64,000 nt of DNA from Eubacteriales bacterium (GTDB taxonomy: Bacteria; Bacillota; Clostridia; Oscillospirales; CAG-382): the NCBI GenBank assembly GCA_045580005.1, contig JAZNMZ010000061.1:5508-69507 (forward strand), given 5' to 3'. Made by a program: the position numbers and the translations under genes. Below the pieces are notes generated by a model. It saw only the letters and a program-made list of their open reading frames with translations. It had not been told where the DNA came from and did no database searches. Shown here one piece after another: positions 17,001-24,675 of this stretch. The number at the start of each line of letters is the position of its first letter. Positions within the stretch are counted from its first letter, which is position 1.

Positions 17001-19561
17001 GAAGCCATATAAAATACTTCGGTATGAATCCCGAGATCACGCTTCGCAAGCATCAGACCGACGCCGTAGCGAGAATAATGTACGGCGGAAACACTCTCTT
17101 GGGTCATGTAGTAGGCGCAGGTAAGACCTTTACTATGGTCGCGGCGGCGCAGGAAATGAAGAGACTCGGTCTGTGTAATAAGTCTATGTTTGTTGTTCCG
17201 AATCATCTCATTGAACAATGGGCGGCCGAATATCTCCAACTCTATCCGTCGGCCAATATTCTTGTTGCCACAAAGAAAGACTTTGAGAAGAAGAACCGAA
17301 AGAAGTTCTGCGCAAGGATCGCAACGGGCGATTATGATGCGGTCATCATAGGTCATTCGCAATTTGAAAAGATACCCGTTTCGATCGTAAGACAACAGAG
17401 GATGCTTCGGGAAGAGATCAACGAAATAGTAAAATGTATGTCGGAACTCAAGGGTCAGCGGGGAGAAAGAATTACCGTAAAGGCACTTGAAAGAAGCAAA
17501 AAACAGCTTGAGCATAAGCTTGAAAAGCTAAACGATCAGACTCGAAAGGACAATGTCGTATGTTTCGAGGAACTCGGAGTTGACCGTCTCTTTGTTGATG
17601 AAGCGCACTTCTACAAGAATCTTTTCTGCTACACCAAGATGCGAAATGTATCGGGAATAGCACAGACCGAAGCGCAGAAGTCTGCCGATCTGTATATGAA
17701 GTGCCGCTATCTCGATGAAGTTACGGGTAACAAGGGAGTCATCTTTGCAACGGGAACTCCAATATCCAACTCTATGGTTGAGCTTTATACGATGCAGAGA
17801 TATTTACAGTATGACGAGCTCAAACGGCGAGGTCTTTCGGCATTTGATGCTTGGGCATCCACCTTCGGTGAAACGATCACGGCAATAGAGCTTGCGCCCG
17901 ACGGTAGCGGTTACAGAGCAAAAACGCGCTTTGCGAAGTTCTTCAATATCCCCGAGCTTATGGCAATGTTCAAGCAGGTCGCGGATATCCAAACTGCGGA
18001 TATGCTCGATCTTCCCGTCCCGAAAGCAAATTACGGTATCGTAAAAGTTCCCGCTACGGAGATACAGAAGAAACTTGTGGAGTCGTTTGCAAAGAGAGCG
18101 GAGAAAATCCACAATGGGTTGGTAAGCAGCGATGAGGATAATATGCTTCTTGTCACCAATGACGGCAGAAAAGCCGCGCTCGATCAGCGACTTATAAATC
18201 CTATGTTCGACGATGACGAGAACAGCAAGGTAAACGCTTGCGTTCGAGAGATCTACGAAACATGGAAGAACGGCTCTGAAATGAAGCTGACACAGTTGGT
18301 CTTCTGCGACCAATCCACTCCGAAGAACGACGGGAAGTTCAATGTGTATGATGACATCCGCGAAAAGCTCGTAGCATTGGGTATTCCTCGTGATGAGATA
18401 GTATTCATCCATTCCGCCAAGACCGATGCGCAAAAGAAAGAGCTTTTCAAAAAGGTAAGGGCCGGTCAGGTAAGAATACTTATGGGTTCGACCTTCAAAA
18501 TGGGCGCAGGTACGAATGTGCAAAGGCTCTTGAAGCGGACGCATGACCTTGACTGTCCGTGGAGACCTTCGGATCTCGAACAGAGAGCGGGAAGGATCGT
18601 AAGACAAGGCAATCTCAATCCCGAGGTGGATATTTCGAGATATGTAACAGAGGGAACTTTTGATGCTTATCTGTACCAAATGGTAGAAACGAAGCAGAGA
18701 TTCATATCGCAGATCATGACTTCCAAAGACCCCGTAAGAAGTGCGGAAGATGTCGATGAAACGGCACTCTCCTATGCGGAGATAAAGGCACTTGCAAGCG
18801 GAAATTCCATGATAATAGAGAAGATGCAGCTTGATGCGGATGTTGCAAAGCTCCGTCTCCAAAGGTCTTCTTACAACTCGGGGATCTTCGATCTTCAGGA
18901 CAAGTTAAGCAAGGTGTTCCCCAAGGATATTAAAGAGGAGGAGGCCCGAATTTCGGGCTTGGAGGCGGACATTATAACAGCCCAAGAAAGTACCCATCCA
19001 AACGAAAAAGGCTTCTCTCCGGCCGTTATAATGGGCGTGGAGTACACTGAAAAGGCCGAGGCCGGCAAGAAAATTCTTGAGGTGTGCAAGCGCATCACCA
19101 ACCCAGAGGCAAGACCTCTCGGAGAGTATCGCGGGTTTCAAATGGAGATCGGATTCGATACAGCACAGAAGGAATTCTTCATTAAGCTCATAGGAAAGCT
19201 CCGATATACGATCTCTCTCGGAAACGATGCAAACGGTATCATTCAAAGACTTGACAACGGTATCGGCAGTTTGCAGGGAAGGCTTGAAAAGTGCCGCGAA
19301 GCTCTTGCAGAGCTTCATAAGCAGGTAAAGATAGCAGAGGAGGAGGTAACAAAGCCTTTCCCGCGCGAGGAGGAGCTTAACGAAAAGTTATCTCGCCTCG
19401 ATTATCTCAATTCTCAACTTAATATGGATAGGCGCGAAAATGAGATAGCCGATGAAACTCCCGAACAAGACGGAGCGGACGAAACCGCGCCCGAAGTCAA
19501 CGAAGAACCTACCGAAGAAAGAGAAGACAATGAGCGCGATTATGACCGCGACGAGAGGTGA
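11042..19561 (+). CDS. polyvalent anti-restriction-type protein with ArdC-N-like ssDNA-binding domain, N6-adenine DNA methyltransferase and SNF2/DEAD helicase
   Basis: 2839 aa with a TTG start. The N-terminus carries YSFSDQVLIHAQRPGA..WNRFGRWVNRGSHGIALI (ArdC-N-like). Methyltransferase motif I EPSCGVGNF is at ~15.10 kb and motif IV GNVPFG at ~15.29 kb. Helicase motifs are GAGKTF (~17.12 kb), DEAHFYKN (~17.60 kb) and QRAGRIVRQGN (~18.59 kb). Confidence 0.9.
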   Translation: MRKIDVVTELYNRTLKELTSSPRAWTDFLHTAAYQYKYSFSDQVLIHAQRPGAIACAELEVWNRFGRWVNRGSHGIALIRERGSRSSLTHVFDLKDTHHRDDVPFNIWDATPETYSDISEALENRFGHLPKRDSFENAVISACDNICEDNYTDYLENLKMSVEGSFLDGYDEDNLRVNFLPILKYSTAYSVLTRLGYRGEDSLDKEDLAPLREFNTSDVINILGTASADLSELCLREIERTVRAYEKNKNRTLAANENVRYNDSENSKNHEKGEKDNEHRENAELQGGRGSSDPRPQAARTDELSPREVRENETRISQEASQGNLHDARDSGEAERASSRDRGSGEDADLREHITDGTEPWRDGTDESGRSDEVGTDDEQHQAFGRGGSFEELDLRLSDEDDPYYYDGKGVDPKYLDTEVKGDKPMPDEHTMILILRHGDYLRKSKEEIVSFLNSEEDEAKRAVFVRKAYEMGLTGEFYRPGTKEYLGYHVEPSGLLMYEGHFSNNTTEIKFTWQLVADLIHALAKDGKYLDEPKEKISLSPSEIEGASLKIIEKPAVKTRNEFTFPQSTIDEFIRIGGCTRKSTERIYGYYRRANDTAENIQFLREEYETDNVGLVIDGRKMAASWNDEGVTIAEGEKVAGAWRTVFLTWEDVDKRTRELIELGQYISRAQAQTAESIYDESVANKIADLYRYYFSDLPDENKTASRFVWPEITDFYTDILHDFDKAEALCNEMERNIKIKESRNAKYANINSPRYVLMLARQYLREPIEFKEADEYLLPQKFYITQDRIMSVLAGHHPISEGKFRVYSFFLKNKDNKSRADFLKKEYGIGGSYDSRVNKEYNSKGLCIGYSSIFVNEKVLLKWTDVAKRIDTLIREDKYLSKEEQNLLDWYEKCQIASAIQGFYSNRGIDVERPYKYDDKAFFEDKRKELLSQIDAPERLAEIYKMMCDVFETDTPDSYNYNYYKECLKDVREYVAGTYNLFPFSHYRRKAVEKAEASTEEVAEEDPAIDIDLDSLDYDIRLGTWVYIDNDELIIQSITSEGVELDDGSIFPVELSFDEFLEKLRSNPKNDHLKKSENVEVLDEPDPSKENTEASEKTDELERAKHLINDYSMSEFGYEDTFEDLHSIGIGYTTTEDDEISIQVEADLIDFNVKVYLGEDLVVTRQYGSLKELNDVELENLDFDSLIYIDDEIIEEYKRKHVTETEIPAMQEAPKPIAKRAGVKFHPEVDDEDRLDHKIDAKDLPLRVPSDKYSRNIRAIRLLHTLDEENRLATESEQKLLADYSGWGGLANCFDEGNSNYEELKSLLTYEEYKAARESTLTAFYTPPVVIQAIYKALANMGFTRGNILEPSCGVGNFMGLLPESMSESRIYGVELDGLSGRIAQQLYQKQNITIGGFEETVFPDSFFDVAVGNVPFGQFKVGDRKYDKFNFLIHDYFFAKALDKVRPGGVVAFITSKGTMDKENPAVRKYIAQRAELIGAIRLPDNAFKSAGTEVVSDIIFLQKRDRVIETEPDWVHLGQDANGIPMNQYFVDNPEMILGDIVMRSGPYGPEPTCKAYEGHDLGELLSEAVSNIHAEISEADIAELEEDPNSIPADPNVKNYSYTIVDGNVYFRQDSVMSKVETSVTGENRIKGMIGIRDTVRELIDAQLKDLPDYTITGLREKLNSQYDAFTAKYGLINSRGNESAFEDDSSYFLLSSLEILNEDKGLERKADMFTKRTIKPYVKIEHVDLASEALAVSLSEKAGIDIEFMSVLTGKTEDEIYEELKGVIFLNPEESAILNKPKYLTADEYLSGNVREKLARARRMVDEGFEEYSVNVDALEAIQPKDLTAAEIGIKLGATWIPPEIIKQFVFDLLSTPSWARWHIDVKYLPQTAQWFITEKSRDDDNVRALTVYGTSRVNAYEIIEETLNLKDVRVLDKKLCNDGVERYVLNKKETTVAQGKQEEIKRAFEEWAWKDPERREKLCKLYNEKFNSTRPRTYDGSHIKYFGMNPEITLRKHQTDAVARIMYGGNTLLGHVVGAGKTFTMVAAAQEMKRLGLCNKSMFVVPNHLIEQWAAEYLQLYPSANILVATKKDFEKKNRKKFCARIATGDYDAVIIGHSQFEKIPVSIVRQQRMLREEINEIVKCMSELKGQRGERITVKALERSKKQLEHKLEKLNDQTRKDNVVCFEELGVDRLFVDEAHFYKNLFCYTKMRNVSGIAQTEAQKSADLYMKCRYLDEVTGNKGVIFATGTPISNSMVELYTMQRYLQYDELKRRGLSAFDAWASTFGETITAIELAPDGSGYRAKTRFAKFFNIPELMAMFKQVADIQTADMLDLPVPKANYGIVKVPATEIQKKLVESFAKRAEKIHNGLVSSDEDNMLLVTNDGRKAALDQRLINPMFDDDENSKVNACVREIYETWKNGSEMKLTQLVFCDQSTPKNDGKFNVYDDIREKLVALGIPRDEIVFIHSAKTDAQKKELFKKVRAGQVRILMGSTFKMGAGTNVQRLLKRTHDLDCPWRPSDLEQRAGRIVRQGNLNPEVDISRYVTEGTFDAYLYQMVETKQRFISQIMTSKDPVRSAEDVDETALSYAEIKALASGNSMIIEKMQLDADVAKLRLQRSSYNSGIFDLQDKLSKVFPKDIKEEEARISGLEADIITAQESTHPNEKGFSPAVIMGVEYTEKAEAGKKILEVCKRITNPEARPLGEYRGFQMEIGFDTAQKEFFIKLIGKLRYTISLGNDANGIIQRLDNGIGSLQGRLEKCREALAELHKQVKIAEEEVTKPFPREEELNEKLSRLDYLNSQLNMDRRENEIADETPEQDGADETAPEVNEEPTEEREDNERDYDRDER
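11871..12233 (+). CDS. tnpV: TnpV-like protein encoded in the +1 frame inside the polyvalent ORF
   Basis: 120 aa with ATG 9 nt after AAAGGAG. MSIEKMLNYKADGEVLIPDLKLPEQ..GKYAKMRLEFLKKHRRGTYTTL..LNEHLHEIEEAA..GVTEQMKAADQMKWVQMMSSIKHSAEEEVL..IYA matches my recollection of the TnpV family (Tn4451-type elements) in length and motif order. Identified from memory, not from a search. Confidence 0.6.
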   Translation: MSIEKMLNYKADGEVLIPDLKLPEQTNYPLGKYAKMRLEFLKKHRRGTYTTLVTQAKLNEHLHEIEEAAKMQISESILQMAQSLGVTEQMKAADQMKWVQMMSSIKHSAEEEVLKSLIYA

Positions 19562-19689
19562 AAAACCATATAGACTCATTTTGGCAAGCAGAAAAGGACG
19601 CTTCGGAAAAGCATTATGCGGGGAAAACTACCGTCAATGGTCTGATTTCATTTTGTTCAAAAAATATATGCTATTATGAGAATAACACC

Positions 19690-19718
19690 TTGACAAAAAG
19701 CAAATATTATGATAAAAT
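19690..19718 (+). promoter_or_regulatory. sigma-A-type promoter (TTGACA-17-TAAAAT) followed by an imperfect palindrome
   Basis: TTGACA at 19690-19695, 17-nt spacer, TAAAAT at 19713-19718. ATGATAAATCATAGATTATCAT follows immediately and may be an operator. Confidence 0.5.
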
Positions 19719-19759
19719 ATGATAAATCATAGATTATCATAAAATTCAAGGAGGACACT

Positions 19760-20986
19760 ATGGCATATATCACACGAGAGCTTGAAAGAAAGTTCTTGAA
19801 GCTCAATGATTTTTTTAAGGTCATTCTTGTGACGGGAGCAAGACAGGTCGGCAAAACAACGATGATGAAGCACTTGGCAGAAGGAACGGACAGAACTTAT
19901 GTAACGATGGACAATTCAATGGCAAGGGCGCTTGCGCAGTCCGATCCTGTTCTGTTCTTCCAAACCTACAAGCCGCCGATCCTCATTGATGAGGTGCAGA
20001 AGGCTCCCGAGCTTTTTGAGCAGATCAAGGTCATTTGCGACGAGAGTGACGAAAAGGGTCTGATATGGCTGACGGGTTCACAACAGTACAAGATGATGGA
20101 AAAGGTGCGTGAGACGCTTGCCGGAAGAATAGGAATTCTTGAACTGTACAGCCTATCGGCAAGAGAGAAGGCAGGACTTGTATTTGATGCGGAGTTGGAT
20201 TTTTCACTTGCCACCTTACAAGCAAGGCAACGCAGTCTTCCCAAGAATGATGTTGTGCAGGTGTTCAATCACATTTGGGAGGGCGGTATGCCGCAGGTGC
20301 AGGGTGTTGATGACGAGCTTCGGCAAGAGTATTTTAATTCCTATATTGACACTTATCTTATGCGTGATGTTGCCGAAGCGGGAGGCATTACCGATGCTGT
20401 ACGCTTCCGCAAATTCCTTGTCGGCTGTGCCTCGCTTGTTTCGGAGCAGGTCAATTATACAACACTTGCCGAATCTGCCGATATCGCACAGTCAACTGCA
20501 AAGGAATGGTTGAGGGTTCTTGTAGGACTGCATATAGTCTATTTGCTCGCGCCTTATTCAAACAATGAATTAAAGCGACTCAGCAAAACACCGAAGCTCT
20601 ATTTCTGCGATACGGGACTTTGTGCATTCCTCTCCATGTGGCTGACCGCAGACACATTGAGAAACGGTGCGGCAAACGGACATTACTATGAGAACTATGT
20701 AGTAATGGAGCTTGTGAAGAATTACGCCTATGCAAAGTCTAAAGTCAACATCACTTATTTCAGAGATTCCAACGCAAAGGAAATAGATGTCTTCGTTGAA
20801 GAAAACAATATTATTCACCCGCTCGAGATCAAAAAGAGTGCGTCCCCAGATCGCCGAGAAGTCAAGAAATACAGCGTGATCGACAAGGCATCCCTGATTC
20901 GAGGAAATGGCGGCATCATTTGCATGTGCGAAGAACCGATACCGATCGATGCGGATAACTGTTTTATCCCGAGTAATCTGATCTAA
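19760..20986 (+). CDS. AAA-family ATPase with DUF4143-type C-terminal domain
   Basis: 408 aa with Walker A ILVTGARQVGKTT and Walker B ILIDEVQ. The layout is the one usually annotated AAA_14 plus DUF4143. Confidence 0.8.
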   Translation: MAYITRELERKFLKLNDFFKVILVTGARQVGKTTMMKHLAEGTDRTYVTMDNSMARALAQSDPVLFFQTYKPPILIDEVQKAPELFEQIKVICDESDEKGLIWLTGSQQYKMMEKVRETLAGRIGILELYSLSAREKAGLVFDAELDFSLATLQARQRSLPKNDVVQVFNHIWEGGMPQVQGVDDELRQEYFNSYIDTYLMRDVAEAGGITDAVRFRKFLVGCASLVSEQVNYTTLAESADIAQSTAKEWLRVLVGLHIVYLLAPYSNNELKRLSKTPKLYFCDTGLCAFLSMWLTADTLRNGAANGHYYENYVVMELVKNYAYAKSKVNITYFRDSNAKEIDVFVEENNIIHPLEIKKSASPDRREVKKYSVIDKASLIRGNGGIICMCEEPIPIDADNCFIPSNLI

Positions 20987-21003
20987 CCGAATACAAACAA
21001 AAT

Positions 21004-21038
21004 GAAAGCATCTCTTCGCGAGGTGCTTTCATTATTTG
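21004..21038 (+). terminator. rho-independent terminator
   Basis: 11-bp stem GAAAGCATCTC / GAGGTGCTTTC (one G-U pair) with a 5-nt loop, followed by ATTATTTG. Confidence 0.7.
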
Positions 21039-21130
21039 AAAAACAACACGCATAAATATTTTTATCTCTTTGAACATTGACAAACGAGCGTTTGAGAAAT
21101 AAGCGTTTGACAATATTATATGAAAATCAC

Positions 21131-21171
21131 ATTATAAGCCAAACGGCAGGGCGATGTTGAATCGTCCTGCC
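21131..21171 (-). terminator. terminator of the polymerase/YolD operon
   Basis: 11-bp stem GGCAGGGCGAT / ATCGTCCTGCC with a 5-nt loop. On the minus strand it is followed by GTTTGGCTT. Confidence 0.6.
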
Positions 21172-21179
21172 GGCGGTAA

Positions 21180-21353
21180 TTATTCCTTCTTACCGAACCC
21201 CATTTTCTCGGTAAGATCGGTAAAACTCTTATCATACTGTGCTTGTGTAATGGCGTTATGTTCGAGTAGAGTTTTGAGCAACTCCACTTGATTATTGTAA
21301 AGCTCCTCGTTGGTGAGCTTGGTTGTATTAATGCTGTTGTTTGTAAGCTCCAT
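21180..21353 (-). CDS. small SHOCT-like protein (57 aa, below the ORF-track cutoff)
   Basis: My own translation is MELTNNSINTTKLTNEELYNNQVELLKTLLEHNAITQAQYDKSFTDLTEKMGFGKKE. The L..LL..N.IT..QYD pattern resembles SHOCT. It is the last gene of the minus-strand operon. Confidence 0.45.
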   Translation of the reverse strand: MELTNNSINTTKLTNEELYNNQVELLKTLLEHNAITQAQYDKSFTDLTEKMGFGKKE

Positions 21354-21373
21354 AATAGATCCCGCTGCTTTCT

Positions 21374-21805
21374 TTATTGAAAATCATATATCTTAAAGAT
21401 ATCGCCGCTGATATAAAGCACATCGGACATCGGTATCTTTTTCTTATTGGTAAGCGTTATTACGCACTCGACATCGTCGATATCGTGTACGATACCGCGA
21501 ACGGTTACATACTCGCCGCCGCTCTTTTTGGCGTCCGGTTTGAAGTATGTTATCTCGATCTCGGCCTCGCTGTCGAGGTTGGCCTTGATGAATGAGAGCT
21601 TGCTGTTGAGGTTTGCGATCTGCTCCTCGGTGAGCTCGACCTTAACTCCGGTGAGTCTTGCTTCTTCGTTGACAGCGGCATCGTAGCCGGTCAGCGCCGC
21701 AAAGGGAGCAAACTGCGCCGCGCGATTCATGCGCGACATCCGCGGATGCTTTTTTGACTCGTGATGAGGAAGGTCGATTATATCGTTATAATTGCGTTCT
21801 TCCAC
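21374..21805 (-). CDS. yolD: YolD-like protein
   Basis: 143 aa with MSRMNRAAQFAPFAALTGYD, characteristic of YolD. It overlaps the stop of the upstream Y-family polymerase by 1 nt. Confidence 0.8.
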   Translation of the reverse strand: MEERNYNDIIDLPHHESKKHPRMSRMNRAAQFAPFAALTGYDAAVNEEARLTGVKVELTEEQIANLNSKLSFIKANLDSEAEIEITYFKPDAKKSGGEYVTVRGIVHDIDDVECVITLTNKKKIPMSDVLYISGDIFKIYDFQ

Positions 21806-23325
21806 TACTTTTTACCTCCGTCATTTCCCGCCAGATGACCGCCGATCTGTGCGTTACGCTCTTTTGTGGTCGCTCCTTCTTCAAAGTTCATTCCCTTGAG
21901 GATGGCGTTCTTTCCGAACTGCTTTCGAAGCTCTATAATTGTATCTTGCCGCTTTCGCTCACGCGCTAACTCGGCATTTTCCTTATCGCGACGGCGTTCT
22001 ATCGCCTCATAATCGGTGAAGACATCGAGCTGCTCGAAGTCGTTACGATCGTCTTTCGCAAGGCTTTCGTCAACAACTTTACATGCGGTTACATTAACTT
22101 TCCGAATAAGAAGCTTGGGATTGGCGATACGATCAAAGAGCTCGAGAGCTGCCTTTGTGATGAGCTTGGTCGATGATGTTTGTCTGTCAAGATTGATCGT
22201 TCCGTGCGCGGGCTTCGGCGCTTTTCGACCGTAGAAATCGGTTACTATTTCGCCGTTATAGTCGGTATCCGTAAGCGATTCAACATCATAGGTCAGATCG
22301 AGAACTATCTGATTCGTGACGAGCTTTTTTTCAACAAGGTCAAGCACCAAGAGGTCTATCATCTCATGGACTATGAGGCGCGCCTTCTCAAAAGTATAAC
22401 CGTATGAGAGGACTTGTCCCGATGAAATGCTGTTCGACTCGGGCTTGTAGGCCTTAATTTCCGAGATAAGGCAAGGCTCCCATCCCCATGCATGATCGAT
22501 CAAGAGTTCCGCATTCACACCGAAAAGATTGTATAGGATGTCCTCATTAGTCAGCGAAACTCGGGCAACATCGCCCATCGTTTTAATGCCGCGTTCCTCG
22601 AGCTTTTTGGCAATGCCCTTGCCGACTCTCCAAAAGGAAGTAAGCGGAGTATGATTCCATAGCTTCTCTCTGTATGATCGCTCGTCAAGCTCCGCGATAC
22701 GGACTCCGTCCTTGTCCGCGGGCATCTTTTTTGCCATAATATCCATCGCGATCTTCGCAAGATAAAGGTTAGTTCCTATACCTGCGGTCGCGGTTATTCC
22801 CGTAGTTTTGAGGACATCGCGTATCATACGCAGAGCAAGCTCGTGAGCGGTGCATTTATACTTTCTCAAATAGCTTGTGGCATCAATAAAGACCTCGTCT
22901 ATTGAGTAAACATGAATGTCATCGGGAGCTATATATTTGAGATAAACGCTGTATATCTTCGTGCTTATCTCCATATATTTCGCCATCTGCGGCGGCGCAA
23001 CGATATATGAGACGGCAAGAGACGGATCGCTTTTCAGCGCTGTATCGCTGTAGGACTCACCGGTAAGGACACGGCCAGGAGCATGGCTTCGCCTTTGTGC
23101 ATTGGCCTCTTTGACCTTTTGAACGACTTCAAAAAGCCGCGCTCTGCCGGGGATGCCGTAGGATTTCAGCGACGGCGAGACCGCAAGACAAATGGTTTTT
23201 TCAGTTCTCGAAGAATCCGCCACCACAAGATTTGTGGTCATCGGATCAAGTCCGCGCTCCATACATTCAACGGAAGCATAGAACGACTTCAGGTCTATTG
23301 CAATATATCTTCTGTTTTCGTTCAT
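21805..23325 (-). CDS. Y-family (UmuC/DinB/ImpB-type) translesion DNA polymerase
   Basis: 506 aa. The N-terminal YIAIDLKSFYASVE is the catalytic motif of Y-family polymerases, and the classic pairing with YolD is present. Confidence 0.9.
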   Translation of the reverse strand: MNENRRYIAIDLKSFYASVECMERGLDPMTTNLVVADSSRTEKTICLAVSPSLKSYGIPGRARLFEVVQKVKEANAQRRSHAPGRVLTGESYSDTALKSDPSLAVSYIVAPPQMAKYMEISTKIYSVYLKYIAPDDIHVYSIDEVFIDATSYLRKYKCTAHELALRMIRDVLKTTGITATAGIGTNLYLAKIAMDIMAKKMPADKDGVRIAELDERSYREKLWNHTPLTSFWRVGKGIAKKLEERGIKTMGDVARVSLTNEDILYNLFGVNAELLIDHAWGWEPCLISEIKAYKPESNSISSGQVLSYGYTFEKARLIVHEMIDLLVLDLVEKKLVTNQIVLDLTYDVESLTDTDYNGEIVTDFYGRKAPKPAHGTINLDRQTSSTKLITKAALELFDRIANPKLLIRKVNVTACKVVDESLAKDDRNDFEQLDVFTDYEAIERRRDKENAELARERKRQDTIIELRKQFGKNAILKGMNFEEGATTKERNAQIGGHLAGNDGGKK

Positions 23326-23464
23326 GATGCACCTCCGTTTGAGTTTTTGCAGATCATACTCTGCGGTATCTTAATTATTATATCATAAATCGAGAAGTAA
23401 TTCAATTAAAAAAACAAAATTAATATACGATTACATAGCCGCATCTTTTCGGCGCGCAGGAAGG

Positions 23465-24460
23465 ATGCGGCTAAATCTATTTCGCAAGGAGGATGAATTT
23501 AATGTGAGATTTGTAACAACGGAAGAGATCCAAAACGCAAGGAAGATCGATGCGCTTTCTTACCTTAAAACCTACTGCCCCGATGAGCTTGTAAAGCTCG
23601 GAGAGGAGGAGTATTGCACGAGAAAACACGATAGCTTAAAGCTGTCAAACGGCAAATGGTTTTGGTGGTCGAGAGGTTTCGGCGGTGTCAGCGCTTTGGA
23701 TTATCTTGTCAAAGTTGAGAACACGGACTTCGTTGAAACGGTTCAAATGCTTAACGGTAAGGCGGGCTTCATCCCGCCTTCTTCAGTACCGAAAAGAGAA
23801 GAACCGAAGACGATCTGCATCCCGCCTCATAATTATGAGTGCAGAAAAGTCCGTGAGTATCTGCGAAAACGATCTATTTCGGATGAGGTAATAGACTTCT
23901 TTATCTCGAAGAAAATACTTGCCGAGGAGAATCAAACGGGATATTGTTTCTTCTTCGGCAACGATGAAAACGGTGAGCATAAGCAATGCTCGGTGAGGGC
24001 AACGGACGGCAGGGATTTCAAGAAAGAAATATACGGCGGCAACAAGGATTACTCATTCCACAATGTAAGTTTAAGACCGAGGGACAGCGTGAGAGTCTTT
24101 GAAAGCGCGATAGATCTGATGTCATTCGCGACACTTATGGAAGGCTCTGTATGGGATTTCCGCGAGGAAAACATGATGTCGGTCGCAGGGGTATACAAAC
24201 CGAAGAAGGACTTGGAGAACAGCAAAGTTCCCGCATCCCTGCTTCGGTTTCTTGATTTGAATCCGAATGTTAAGAGAGTTATCCTGCACTTCGATAACGA
24301 CAGCGCAGGAGTTCTCGCCGCAAAAGGAATCGCGGCAGCATTGCCTTCTCGGTATGAGGTAAAATTCGTTCCCCCGCCGAGCGAAAAAGACTTCAATGCG
24401 TACCTATGTGTTGAGAAAACCAAACAAATACGAAACGGAAAGCGAGGTGAAAGAGTATGA
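23465..24460 (+). CDS. DUF3991 and Toprim domain protein (conjugative primase-like)
   Basis: 331 aa. The C-terminal VILHFDNDSAG is Toprim-like. A likelier start is GTG 23504, 10 nt after AAGGAGG, giving MRFVTTEEIQNARKIDALSYL. Confidence 0.8.
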   Translation: MRLNLFRKEDEFNVRFVTTEEIQNARKIDALSYLKTYCPDELVKLGEEEYCTRKHDSLKLSNGKWFWWSRGFGGVSALDYLVKVENTDFVETVQMLNGKAGFIPPSSVPKREEPKTICIPPHNYECRKVREYLRKRSISDEVIDFFISKKILAEENQTGYCFFFGNDENGEHKQCSVRATDGRDFKKEIYGGNKDYSFHNVSLRPRDSVRVFESAIDLMSFATLMEGSVWDFREENMMSVAGVYKPKKDLENSKVPASLLRFLDLNPNVKRVILHFDNDSAGVLAAKGIAAALPSRYEVKFVPPPSEKDFNAYLCVEKTKQIRNGKRGERV

Positions 24461-24675
24461 AAAAGTACAAGGTAACGATTACAGAAATTCTTAAAAAGAC
24501 AGTCGAAGTCGATGCGGAAGATTATACAGAAGCAGTTGAAACTGTTGAAAGCGCATACTTTCAAGAGCAAATAATTCTGACCGCCGACGACTATTCCGGC
24601 AGCAATTTTGATGCCGAGGAGATACCTGCACAGACCGAAAAGACGGTGAAAAATCGTAAGGATTTTTCACGATAA
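24457..24675 (+). CDS. DpnD/PcfM-like small protein
   Basis: 72 aa. MKKYKVTITEILKKTVEVDAEDYTEAVETVE..ILTADDY resembles the PcfM/DpnD family. ATGA overlap with the previous gene. Confidence 0.55.
   Translation: MKKYKVTITEILKKTVEVDAEDYTEAVETVESAYFQEQIILTADDYSGSNFDAEEIPAQTEKTVKNRKDFSR

Noticed and set aside
17804-18862. 352-aa antisense ORF inside the SNF2 helicase region. Similar ones lie at 16847-17515, 14942-15352 and 13379-13846.
   Set aside because: The translations are Cys/Leu/Ile/Arg-rich nonsense with no motifs and no RBS. They lie fully inside a sense gene with clear helicase and methyltransferase motifs, so they are typical shadow ORFs of a GA-rich coding strand.
21060-21115. Repeated AGCGTTTGA / TTGACAA motifs between the two terminators, considered as a possible regulatory or att site.
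   Set aside because: It consists of two 9-nt direct copies in a convergent-terminator gap with no adjacent gene start. That is too little to support a function.
23326-23464. LexA (Cheo) box controlling the Y-family polymerase operon.
   Set aside because: No GAAC-N4-GTTC-like sequence was found by eye on either strand.
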